Positions 19,227-27,548 of a stretch of DNA of 42,563 nt are shown here, piece after piece. The DNA is from Bdellovibrionales bacterium (GTDB lineage: Bacteria > Bdellovibrionota_C > UBA2361 > RFPC01). The notes under the pieces were generated by a model that was not told the DNA's origin, did no database searches, and saw only the letters and a program-made list of their open reading frames with translations. The stretch is from the NCBI GenBank assembly GCA_020434495.1, contig JAGRAT010000001.1, positions 1-42,563 on the forward strand, read 5' to 3'. A program made the position numbers and the translations under genes. The first letter of the stretch is position 1; each line of letters opens with the position of its first letter.

Positions 19227-20042
19227 GTGATAGAAGAGTTAAGTCAAAAGCGCGAAGCGATCGCAGAAGTATTGCAACATGCCTCTCTTGAGTTGATGAG
19301 CTATTGGCCAGGTGCTGGCTCGGGAAGAGCGCTCGGAATAGAGGAAAAGGCAGATAAGAGCCTGGTGTCTAAGGCGGATTATGCAAGCAATGAGGTTCTT
19401 GTAGGAGGGTTGTCACGGCTCTTCCCTGATATCCCAATCAAGAGTGAGGAGAGCAATAGCACCAAAGCGCTTTCTGGAGATTATTGGCTGATTGACCCCC
19501 TAGATGGGACTTCGCGATTTTTAGATGGAGCGGATGATTTTGCAATCCTCGTGGCGTATATCGGAACGGATGGAATTCCCGAGGCAGGCTGGATTGTTTT
19601 CCCCGCTCAGAAGGTATGGTTTTGGGCTATCGGGGCTGAATTTGGAGTAGAGGGGCTGCAGGAGAAGGAAGCGATTGGACTTTCCCAGGCAGTTGAGCTT
19701 CGGCCTGGCTCTGTTTATGTGAGAGCGAGGACTCCAAGCGAAGAGCTTGTGAAGTTGGATCCTCGAGTAAACGTAGAGGGCCTTCACTCGGGTGCAGCCT
19801 TCTTTCACTTCTTGCTTGGAAAATTATCCGGAGTAGCGCTCTTTATGGGGCGTCTTGGTCCGTGGGATATCGCCGCGCCAGCAGCAGTAATTCACGCATT
19901 GGGAGGTGCAACGTATAATCAGTTGGGAGAACCATATCGGTTTGGAGAAATAGATGAGGAGGTCTTCGTCGCAGTTCCGAAGCAGCTTCGTGTCGAGCTG
20001 ATATCGTTAGTAGGACAGCTTTTCAAGGATGCAGATGAGTGA
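19227..20042 (+). CDS. Inositol monophosphatase / 3'(2'),5'-bisphosphate nucleotidase (CysQ) family protein
   Basis: GTG start. KADKSLVSKADYASN, SEE and WLIDPLDGTSRFL (the DPxDGT metal motif), plus WDIAAPAAV. Confidence 0.8.
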   Translation: MIEELSQKREAIAEVLQHASLELMSYWPGAGSGRALGIEEKADKSLVSKADYASNEVLVGGLSRLFPDIPIKSEESNSTKALSGDYWLIDPLDGTSRFLDGADDFAILVAYIGTDGIPEAGWIVFPAQKVWFWAIGAEFGVEGLQEKEAIGLSQAVELRPGSVYVRARTPSEELVKLDPRVNVEGLHSGAAFFHFLLGKLSGVALFMGRLGPWDIAAPAAVIHALGGATYNQLGEPYRFGEIDEEVFVAVPKQLRVELISLVGQLFKDADE

Positions 20043-20934
20043 TTCACTAGCTGAAGTTTTAACCGATGTAACAATACGTGAGGGGTCTCAGCAGAAAAGT
20101 GACCTCTGGGGGGTCGGTTCACAAAAGAAGCTGGAGATCGTCCGTCTTCAAAAGGCGGTTGGGATTAAATCTATCGAACTGACTGCATTTGCCCCCGGGG
20201 AGTGGTTTGCTGATGCCGATGAGCTCGCAGAAGGGGTGAAGGGATGCTGTGGGAAAATGGTTGTTAAGGCGCTCTACTTTAATGTCCGTGGAGCGGAGAG
20301 ATTGCAACGGTATCCCTATCTTCAGCAGGCTGGAATCGTGCACACAGCCGTCACTGAGGGTTATCGAATAAAAAACTATAACCAGCAGTCGATAGATGAT
20401 GCGCTGTTAAAGCTTCGTGGTTTTGTAGAGTGGTTTTCCAGTAACGGATTTACATTTGATGTGCTGCTCTTTTCTACTTCATGGGGAGACAAGAGCACAG
20501 GGATTCTAGACTCCGCAACCTCCATGCGTTGTATCGAAAAGTTTATGAATGAAGCCGAGAGATGCGGATCTCTGCCGACTCAGATAACTCTTGCTGATAC
20601 GGAGGGTGTCGTGGACCCGCGATCACTATCGGAGCTTGTTCAGCAGGTGAAACGCGCTTTTCCTGAGCAGAAGATCTGCCTCCATCTCCATCCTTCCAGG
20701 GAGGCCGCCGTTGCAGTGGTAGAAGCTGGCTTGGAGGCTGAGGCTGATTTGTGGGAGGGTGCCTGGTTGGGGATTGGGGGCTCACCTCTTGCGGATGGAG
20801 CAGGGGGGAATCTTGATATCCGAACTTTGGTGGAGGTGTACCAACAAAATGGTATCCCCACTGGATTTGATCCTGTTCAAATAGAGAGTCTCGAAAAAAG
20901 GATTGCAGAGATACGCTCTCCACAAAAAAAATAG
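20029..20934 (+). CDS. DRE-TIM metallolyase (HMG-CoA lyase-like) family protein
   Basis: VTIREGSQQ (in place of the usual RDG.Q), IELTAF, LADTEGV, ICLHLHPSREAAVAVVEAGLEA and GIGGSP follow the HMGL-like pattern. Overlaps the upstream gene by 14 nt. Confidence 0.65.
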   Translation: MQMSDSLAEVLTDVTIREGSQQKSDLWGVGSQKKLEIVRLQKAVGIKSIELTAFAPGEWFADADELAEGVKGCCGKMVVKALYFNVRGAERLQRYPYLQQAGIVHTAVTEGYRIKNYNQQSIDDALLKLRGFVEWFSSNGFTFDVLLFSTSWGDKSTGILDSATSMRCIEKFMNEAERCGSLPTQITLADTEGVVDPRSLSELVQQVKRAFPEQKICLHLHPSREAAVAVVEAGLEAEADLWEGAWLGIGGSPLADGAGGNLDIRTLVEVYQQNGIPTGFDPVQIESLEKRIAEIRSPQKK

Positions 20935-20986
20935 CGGGGTAACATACTGAAATAAAATGAATAAGTGTGCGCCCTCATTTTTTTTC

Positions 20987-21015
20987 TTGACTTCATCAGT
21001 GCCCTTTGATATTCT
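20987..21015 (+). promoter_or_regulatory. Putative sigma70-type promoter in the gap after the HMGL-like gene
   Basis: TTGACT (20987-20992), 17 nt, then TATTCT (21010-21015). Pattern match only. Confidence 0.3.
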
Positions 21016-21069
21016 TCTTTTATACCGATAGTCGATTTTCAAGATATCGCCAAGTTAAGATTCAAGTAG

Positions 21070-21089
21070 CCAGCATTGCTGGTTTTTTT
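21070..21089 (+). terminator. Rho-independent terminator
   Basis: CCAGC-ATT-GCTGG hairpin (21070-21082) followed by seven T (21083-21089). Only the + strand has the U-tract. Confidence 0.5.
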
Positions 21090-21210
21090 GTGCCTGAAAT
21101 CTCGCTTCAAAAATCTCCTTTTTGAATATCTGAGAATTTCATCAGGTGTCTTTATCTAACCCGTTGTAATTATTACTTAAATGTTTCGATAGATCAATAA
21201 TATCAAGCAG

Positions 21211-21870
21211 TTAGAGGGTATCTATTTGCCGCCGGAATTGATGGTGACCAAGGTGGGCATCTGTTCGATCAGAGATTGGAATACCGAAACTCCCTTCGCA
21301 GTGGTCCTGAACAATACACCGCTGGCACTTACGAGGATGAGGTTTCAAGGAGGCCTTTTGACCATCCTCCGCGATAAGTCGCATTTGGTGTAGCTGCTCA
21401 GAAAGCCAGTCCTGGCGCTCCGACGTGTTGTATATTTTTACCTTTCGCGAATTTTTTCCAATGATGAGGTATCCGTATGGAGGGCGTTTGCCCTCAAACT
21501 CTTCTACAAGCCTCATATACACTAGGAGCTGAGCAATATGCCGGTCTCGGACCTTGTTCCCATGAGCCTTTCTTTCCACTGGGATGAAATATCCACTTTC
21601 TAACAGCACGGCATCGGGTCTTCCGGAGATACCTTGAATCTCTGAGATATAGGTTTTTCCTTTGTGGCGCTTCGATCCATCAACATTGATAGCTAGTGCT
21701 GTGGATGCTGAGAGCCCACTTTTCTTTGATTTTGATTTAATAGCTCGCAGTACATCATCAACAACGATAAGAGCTGAAACGATCAGAACAGTGTAGAGAA
21801 TAAGATCCGAGTCCAGCTGCACTAGCTGATGAAGCACACGTATTATGCTCTCCCGAAAATGCTCTCTCAC
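21211..21870 (-). CDS. Cas4/DUF83-type PD-(D/E)XK nuclease, C-terminal (catalytic) part, with an N-terminal hydrophobic helix
   Basis: GTG 21870 with GAGG 8 nt upstream. Hydrophobic LILYTVLIVSALIVV, then GRPDAV...IPVERK (D...ExK), AQLLVY (QxxxY) and KCQRCIVQDHC (C-X2-C-X5-C). Confidence 0.72.
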   Translation of the reverse strand: MREHFRESIIRVLHQLVQLDSDLILYTVLIVSALIVVDDVLRAIKSKSKKSGLSASTALAINVDGSKRHKGKTYISEIQGISGRPDAVLLESGYFIPVERKAHGNKVRDRHIAQLLVYMRLVEEFEGKRPPYGYLIIGKNSRKVKIYNTSERQDWLSEQLHQMRLIAEDGQKASLKPHPRKCQRCIVQDHCEGSFGIPISDRTDAHLGHHQFRRQIDTL

Positions 21871-22133
21871 GTGTTGTGCCTCAGAATTAGAAGGAGAACG
21901 GTCGCAGCACTTATGAGCGCGGCTACAAGACGTAGCATTCGCCCAAGAGTAAACTCATACTCAAGGTCTTCTGCCCACTGTTTGTGGATCTCCTCTCCTT
22001 GCTCCATCTCTGGTCCCTCAAGGATCGGTTCACGCGACATGCGTTTTAGGTACCAGGCATTCGGGCACACGGTGTATTCTGCTACTTCACTAGCTGGAAA
22101 TATGTGTTTTCCCGAACTTGTCTTATGCGGCAT
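21867..22133 (-). CDS. Cas4/DUF83-type nuclease, N-terminal part (first Fe-S cysteine), ending in a hydrophobic helix
   Basis: ATG 22133 has GGAGG 7 nt upstream; the ORF track extends to 22205. ASEVAEYTVCPNAWYLKR and GEEIHKQW match the Cas4 N-terminal segment. C-terminal LRLVAALISAATVLLLIL. The stop overlaps the downstream start as GTGA. Confidence 0.62.
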   Translation of the reverse strand: MPHKTSSGKHIFPASEVAEYTVCPNAWYLKRMSREPILEGPEMEQGEEIHKQWAEDLEYEFTLGRMLRLVAALISAATVLLLILRHNT

Positions 22134-22280
22134 TGTACTTCCTCCGGAGCCGGCAAGAGTGAATTGCCCCACGCTGATAAGGTCGTGATGAGGCTCCTTC
22201 TCCATATCCGGAGTGGAAGCGAAAATGCTTCTTCCTGAATTTCACCAGGGATTTGGGGCAAGGCTAGTAATATCAGATGC

Positions 22281-22814
22281 TTACTTGTCGTTGGGGTCGA
22301 ATGAGCGAACGATCTTGTCGATCATCGACTCAAAGCTATCAAACCATTTCTTGTTTAAATTAACCGATTTAGAGGCGTGATCGATGGAGAGAGGGTTATC
22401 AGAGCTTTCATTGGCGAGTTCTCGGAGGTCGTCACTTGTCTGAAATCCCAGCCAAGAATCCTCTGAAAGGGGGATGTGCGCCGTCTCTAACACGTACTGC
22501 GCTTCCGGTGCCTGGTCATTGGTAATTCGCCAGAAGGCGTAACGAGCGCATGCAGAGAGAAAGTGGCATCGAAGGATAAAGGCGAGATCTTCCCCAGAGT
22601 TGTCAATATTCACGGCGATCAGGTAATCCGACTCGCAATCTAGTAGAAAGTGACTCTCTAGAGTTTCAATCCATACCCGCTTTGCTCTATGGGCAGAAAG
22701 TTCGTCCGCGTATCGAGCCTGGATTGCAATAGCCTCCACATCAAAGATGATCTCTGACAGTTGAGGTGATGAGCTGTCACTAAATGAATATTTACGGGTG
22801 GTTAGCATAGTCAC
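22281..22814 (-). CDS. Hypothetical acidic protein (177 aa)
   Basis: Long ORF, D/E-rich, with no recognisable motif. It lies about 150 nt upstream of, and is co-oriented with, the split nuclease genes. Confidence 0.55.
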   Translation of the reverse strand: MTMLTTRKYSFSDSSSPQLSEIIFDVEAIAIQARYADELSAHRAKRVWIETLESHFLLDCESDYLIAVNIDNSGEDLAFILRCHFLSACARYAFWRITNDQAPEAQYVLETAHIPLSEDSWLGFQTSDDLRELANESSDNPLSIDHASKSVNLNKKWFDSFESMIDKIVRSFDPNDK

Positions 22815-23472
22815 TCAAACATTCCTTCTTCAAAATAGTCATCGACTAAGGGAGGAAAACTCTTGAGGGTTCAAGTGGTGCCTGACCGGGGCTAAGATGT
22901 AAGATCTTGAAATGATACGGGGAAATTATGAGCGATATGCCTTCGGCAACTAGACGCCCGCCACCATGTGGAATGTGTGATTACTTCACTCTGGCGCTCC
23001 GTGAATGAATTGCAGGTCAGCACAGCGCTAATTAAAGGCCCTCAGAGCGGTGGAGTATTCGACTCTAAATCTTTTTACGGTCGCGAGCTTGTGCTAGAAG
23101 TAGAGGGCACGAGAGATGGCAAGGCGTATGGTTGCCTAGCCCTCAAAATGTCGGCACTAGATAGCTTGAGACTCATTTTCAAAGTCCGCTAAATAGTAAA
23201 GCCAAACTAGAGTGATGCTAATCCCAGAGACTACAAACTTTGGGTACCTTTTTAGTAGCCTAGCTAATTCTAGCCAAGTTTGAAGCCGGCTTCTTTGATA
23301 TTTGGCTGACGAGTTTTAGTCGGCTCTATTTAGGACAACTGAACTGAAGTTTTGCTCGTTTTAAAGCTTCACGAAATATAACTGTTAATCCATTAAATCC
23401 TTTGCGACGCCGGTACATTTCTACCGCACTTACAGTGATGAATTTTGCCAAGGTGAACACGTAAAGGAGCCA

Positions 23473-24276
23473 TTGAGAGAAGGAACTATGAGAGGAAAGA
23501 ACTATAGAGGCGGCGGAGGTGGTAATCGTCGACGAGGTAATGATGGTGGCGACAGCCGTGGTGGCCGCGGAGGTCGCGGTGGTCGAGGCGGCGGCGGTGG
23601 CGGCCGTGGAGGTCGTGGCGGCGGCGGTGGTGGCGGCGGCCGTGGTCGTGGTCGCGGACGAGGTCCAAGAAACTCAGGTACTGCAGAGAGTGGTAACAAA
23701 CGCGAGCGGATTCAGGTAGAGAGCGGCTCACTCGTTCTTATTGATCAGTTTATGTTGGCAAATCCTCAAGTGCTCGAAAAGTTGCAAGAGCTTCTTGATG
23801 AAGGACCAGAAACGAAGGATGCACTCGTTGCTGAGTACGGGGGCGCGGTTGTTTCTCTTCCTCCTGATATCTACCGAATTGAACGCGATCCTTATGCTTC
23901 AACGATTGTGATTCATCCTGATGGGGATAAGACGGATGCGAGTTCTCTAAAAGACGAACTTGATCAGCCGATGGGTCGAGTATTTATTGATACTCGATGT
24001 CTCGCCATGATCGATCGTGAATTGCTTGATGATATTAGCTTGCTCGAGAAATATCAGCAGCTATGGGTGAGTGGTAAGGACAAGGCGTGCCGGGATCTCT
24101 TGAGAGATAACGGAGGGGCCGTTCGTTACGGATTCCAACGTTTCGGCGATGAGCTCTCTGTTCATGCAGACAAGGATCTAAACGTTATCGCACTCTGGCC
24201 TGATGTTATTGAAGGTGGCTTGGACGATCCAAAAGAAGTAGAGGCGGAAGCTGCTGCTGCTGAGGGGGGTGCCTAG
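23473..24276 (+). CDS. Protein with an N-terminal Arg/Gly-rich (RGG-box-like) region and a ~190-aa C-terminal domain of unknown function
   Basis: Start is TTG 23473 (AAGGAG just upstream) or ATG 23488. Residues ~12-66 are almost only G/R (RGGRGGRGGRGGGGGGRGGRGG...RGRGRGRG). The rest is ordinary globular-looking sequence. Confidence 0.75.
   Translation: MREGTMRGKNYRGGGGGNRRRGNDGGDSRGGRGGRGGRGGGGGGRGGRGGGGGGGGRGRGRGRGPRNSGTAESGNKRERIQVESGSLVLIDQFMLANPQVLEKLQELLDEGPETKDALVAEYGGAVVSLPPDIYRIERDPYASTIVIHPDGDKTDASSLKDELDQPMGRVFIDTRCLAMIDRELLDDISLLEKYQQLWVSGKDKACRDLLRDNGGAVRYGFQRFGDELSVHADKDLNVIALWPDVIEGGLDDPKEVEAEAAAAEGGA
23506..23670 (+). repeat. (GGN/CGN)n low-complexity coding tract encoding the RGG region
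   Basis: A run of GGT/GGC/CGT/CGC/GGA/CGA codons, visibly far more GC-rich than its flanks. It generates spurious ORFs on both strands (23486-23731, 23502-23699, 23519-23719). Confidence 0.8.
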
Positions 24277-24289
24277 CGCGCTCTAAGAA

Positions 24290-25915
24290 TTAGCGGCCGT
24301 CTCTGCTAATACGAGAGCGGCCCTTTTTCTTGGGAACCTTTTGCGAGACTGTAGCGAGATCCCCAACTGAAAAGAGGAGAGTTGAGCCCTTCTTCTTTCG
24401 GGGTACTGTCAGTTCGGCCACACCGTCAACATTGGTTGTTAAGGTGTCGAAGTCTTTTACAGATCGCTTCATACCCTTAAGTTGCACTGTGACCTCCTGG
24501 TCCGAAACTCCCGCTCCACTCTCTGCCCGAACTTGAATAGTGAAAGTGATGCTATTCTTTGAGGTAGTGGTTGTCACATCAAAAGCAACCGGGATTTCCC
24601 CTTCATTGACCGATCCATTTTCACTTGTTGGTGTTTCGCCTGAGCCATTAGTGGACCCATTCGGATTTGTTCGATAATTGGCGGCCATCGCTGATACCAC
24701 TCGGAGAGTAGCCGCATTGTTTGCTAGGGTGGAATCGCCAGTTGAAGTACCTTCGTACGCAATCTCCGGATTTGAGAAAAATGGAACTCGAATTCCTGGT
24801 GAGTACGCCATGACACTTCGGTATTGAACGCTATTCGTTCCTGTCCATCGGAAGCCATACGAAGCTTCGTAAGCTGTTGTTGATGGTGCATTTGATTGAT
24901 CATGTTGAAGGCCGAGGTTATGACCAACTTCGTGTTGAAAGCTATAGTTCAATACGCAATTTGAACCAACCGCGCTGAAAGCGAAGTTCCCGCCGGTCAG
25001 TCCAGCAACGGTCGTCGGGCTGTAGCCAATCCCACAGTATTCTCCGGGTGATCGCATGAGTACTACCATATCCGCAGAGTGTTCATTTCGAAGGGCGTGT
25101 ACCTCATCGAAAAAGCCATCCTCTGCAGCTTGGAGTCGGTTCAGGTCGGTTGGGAAGTCTTCGCCTTCATTGTCTGCGGTTTGAGCTGAGTGAACGAGGT
25201 TGAGTTGGAGTGCGACTTCGCTATTCACGTAGCTCGTATTCGCAAGGGAAATTGCCTGACCAATTAGGGCCTCCATCGCAAGCGTCCCTCCAGCGTATGT
25301 GGCTGCCTCGGGAGTGTACATAACAAGAACGTCAAGTTGTACGGAGCTTTGAGTCGTCGAGCGTGGCGAAATTGAACGAAGCTGTGGCGAGTCCAAATGG
25401 GAATCGTCAAGCGCATGTTCGTCGTGTCCGCAGTCGCTCATCTCCTCCTGGTCGTACTTTCGAAGAACGCTCTCTCCGCCGGAGTTGGTTGTAATCGCAA
25501 AATGTTCGCCAGTCTCTGTGATAAACGCAATGTGACGAGCAGTTTGCCCTTGTCGAGCTGATTCTGAAACAAAGAAGTAGCCGCTCTTACTTCCTTCGCT
25601 GTTCAAGAGAACGCCTGAAGTAGAAGATGTTCTCGCCCCAGTATTGCTGCGACGAGATCTGTTTCGCTCCTTGTTGGCAACTGCGATGTACTGTTGTCCA
25701 CTTAAGCTAGCAGTAAAGAATGAGGTATCAACGTCATGAAGAGTTACAGCTTGTTCAAATTGCACTCCCGGAGCGAGCCGAGAAGTGGAGTTTGTTTGAG
25801 CTCGGGCTGTAGAGAACAGACTCTCTTGAGCAAATGTTGGGAGGGCAAGAGCGAGGAGCGATAGCAAGAAGATGAACTTCTTGGTGTTAACGGAGATGTT
25901 TGTTTGATACCGCAT
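24290..25915 (-). CDS. Secreted zinc metalloprotease, metzincin (reprolysin/M12B-like)
   Basis: Start is ATG 25915 (MRYQTNISVNTKKFIFLLSLLALALPTFAQE signal peptide). HEVGHNLGLQHD is the HExxHxxGxxH/D motif, with a Met-turn candidate YRSVMAY. Beta-rich C-terminal domain and a basic tail. Confidence 0.85.
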   Translation of the reverse strand: MRYQTNISVNTKKFIFLLSLLALALPTFAQESLFSTARAQTNSTSRLAPGVQFEQAVTLHDVDTSFFTASLSGQQYIAVANKERNRSRRSNTGARTSSTSGVLLNSEGSKSGYFFVSESARQGQTARHIAFITETGEHFAITTNSGGESVLRKYDQEEMSDCGHDEHALDDSHLDSPQLRSISPRSTTQSSVQLDVLVMYTPEAATYAGGTLAMEALIGQAISLANTSYVNSEVALQLNLVHSAQTADNEGEDFPTDLNRLQAAEDGFFDEVHALRNEHSADMVVLMRSPGEYCGIGYSPTTVAGLTGGNFAFSAVGSNCVLNYSFQHEVGHNLGLQHDQSNAPSTTAYEASYGFRWTGTNSVQYRSVMAYSPGIRVPFFSNPEIAYEGTSTGDSTLANNAATLRVVSAMAANYRTNPNGSTNGSGETPTSENGSVNEGEIPVAFDVTTTTSKNSITFTIQVRAESGAGVSDQEVTVQLKGMKRSVKDFDTLTTNVDGVAELTVPRKKKGSTLLFSVGDLATVSQKVPKKKGRSRISRDGR

Positions 25916-26245
25916 TTTGCTCTCTCTCTTCGGGTCAACCCGCGTACTGGAGATATCGAGAGAGAGTCCTGTTCTCTTTGGATCTGAGCGCACAAAATGG
26001 GCTCAGGGTGAGCAAAAACACAAATAATATTAGCTGGTTAAGTGATATTCATAAGAGTCGCTCGGTAATGTGCGCAGGGGAAAATCGCGCTCACTGTGCA
26101 CTCTCGTAGGGCACTCTACGAGAAACTCCGGGATCTCTTCTATTGAACTGTTCGATTCATGCTAACTGTTTTGGTCGCTGGCGGTATTGATCTGTTCCGA
26201 CTGATACGCTTTTGTCAGAAGGAAGAGCTCGATTCTGACAGTTGG

Positions 26246-27415
26246 TTACAGGGTGGGACGCTCAATCTTCAGTCGTTCAAACGCAGCGCGAATGCGATCG
26301 AATTCTCTCCGTGAAACCGTCATGAGTTCCGAGGGGAGATCTTTGGAGACAAGCTTGTCTTCATGGAACACCTTTATCAATCTCCGGTAGTTTGCTTTCA
26401 GACGATCGTCATTGTCATCGGAATAACATCCGAGGATTCGATATGCCTCCCGAAGAGTCGGGAGTTCTATTATCTCGGTTGGGAGTTTCACCGGTTCATC
26501 TTCATCGTAAAGATCCGTTGGGGCCTCGGTTTGCTTTGATCCCCTTTTTTTAATGAGGAGAAGGCCAGCTAGTGAGAGAAAGAGCAGAGTCAGTGGCAGT
26601 AAGAGTATATAAAGTGAACTTGATAATAGCTCGGCCAAGATGCTGAGCGCTGAGCTCGCGGCTTGTTGAGCGGTCTCCATCAACTGTTTTACCACGGGGA
26701 GGGATTTTTGCTCTTCTGAATCAAGTAGTGCGACTTCTCTCGGAGCAAGCCTGATGGCTGTTGGCGCTTGATACTCCCCTGAGTAGGTGAAACAGCTATC
26801 TTGAGATGAAAGTCTCAGCTCTTCTTCAATGAGTGACTTGAAAGCGAGAGAGGAAGAGCTTTCATCATCGCTAAGCAGATTGCTCTGTTGGTCCACAACA
26901 AAGCCGTGAAGTCGAAATGGAAAAGGTCGGCTACTTTGCCTATCAGTGTTACTTTGTCTATTCATGGTCGGGGTGACTTCAACTGTATGCGCAGTCTTCG
27001 TCTCGCGAAATTCTATTATTGAGGAGGCTCCTTCTTCTGTAACGCCTTCATTCAGTAGGGAAATCTCAACTCCTCCCTCCATTACGAGAACGATTCGTTG
27101 TTTTTCCTCATAGGCGCCCCCTCGAACGCGATCAATACCATGCGCATGAAGAATCTTCGCAAAAGTGGTCGGCTTCTCTACCCCGGAGATATCCATTACC
27201 AAGCGCGCAGGATCTGAAAGGGTGAAAGTTGTTACCGATAACTCCCCCTTGCTTGCAAATTCTGTCACGAGCTGATCTCTGTTGTCTTCTGTGAGTGAGA
27301 CAACTAAAGAGAAATCTGGTTGAACAACACGTACGATGACCTCTGCGAACGCAAGGCTTGGCAGCAAGCTAACAGTTGCCAAAAAGATTGGCAGATAGCG
27401 GGCAGAAGACATCAT
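26246..27415 (-). CDS. Signal peptide + AMIN domain + single TM + C-terminal J-like domain protein
   Basis: Start is ATG 27415/27412 (MMSSARYLPIFLATVSLLPSLAFA). AMIN-like LSDPARLVMDISGV...IDRVRGG....QRIVLVMEGG. TM helix LYILLLPLTLLFLSLAGLLLI. C-terminus AYRILGC.....DRLKANYRRLIKVFHEDK is J-domain helices I-II with HED where HPD is expected. Confidence 0.72.
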   Translation of the reverse strand: MMSSARYLPIFLATVSLLPSLAFAEVIVRVVQPDFSLVVSLTEDNRDQLVTEFASKGELSVTTFTLSDPARLVMDISGVEKPTTFAKILHAHGIDRVRGGAYEEKQRIVLVMEGGVEISLLNEGVTEEGASSIIEFRETKTAHTVEVTPTMNRQSNTDRQSSRPFPFRLHGFVVDQQSNLLSDDESSSSLAFKSLIEEELRLSSQDSCFTYSGEYQAPTAIRLAPREVALLDSEEQKSLPVVKQLMETAQQAASSALSILAELLSSSLYILLLPLTLLFLSLAGLLLIKKRGSKQTEAPTDLYDEDEPVKLPTEIIELPTLREAYRILGCYSDDNDDRLKANYRRLIKVFHEDKLVSKDLPSELMTVSRREFDRIRAAFERLKIERPTL

Positions 27416-27548
27416 TCTCAGCGAAACCTGCAAATTTGAGTTCCCGTAAACCGCTGATCGGCTTTAATAGTCAGTGGTCAGTATATTAAGATGACGTTAA
27501 ATTCTGGACCGTTTCGTACCCCGTTTTATTCTGGTGAGGAGGAGCTAA

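Noticed and set aside
22968-23192. 74-aa + strand ORF in the 650-bp gap between the divergent orphan genes.
   Set aside because: It has a GTG start without a Shine-Dalgarno sequence and no motif. It cannot be distinguished from chance, but the gap itself may hold promoters or an sRNA.
23502-23699. 65-aa poly-Pro/Arg ORF (PRPRPRPPPPPPP…), plus ORFs 23486-23731 and 23519-23719.
   Set aside because: These are alternative-frame and antisense readings of the (GGN/CGN)n tract that encodes the RGG region. They have no independent start context and are composition artefacts.
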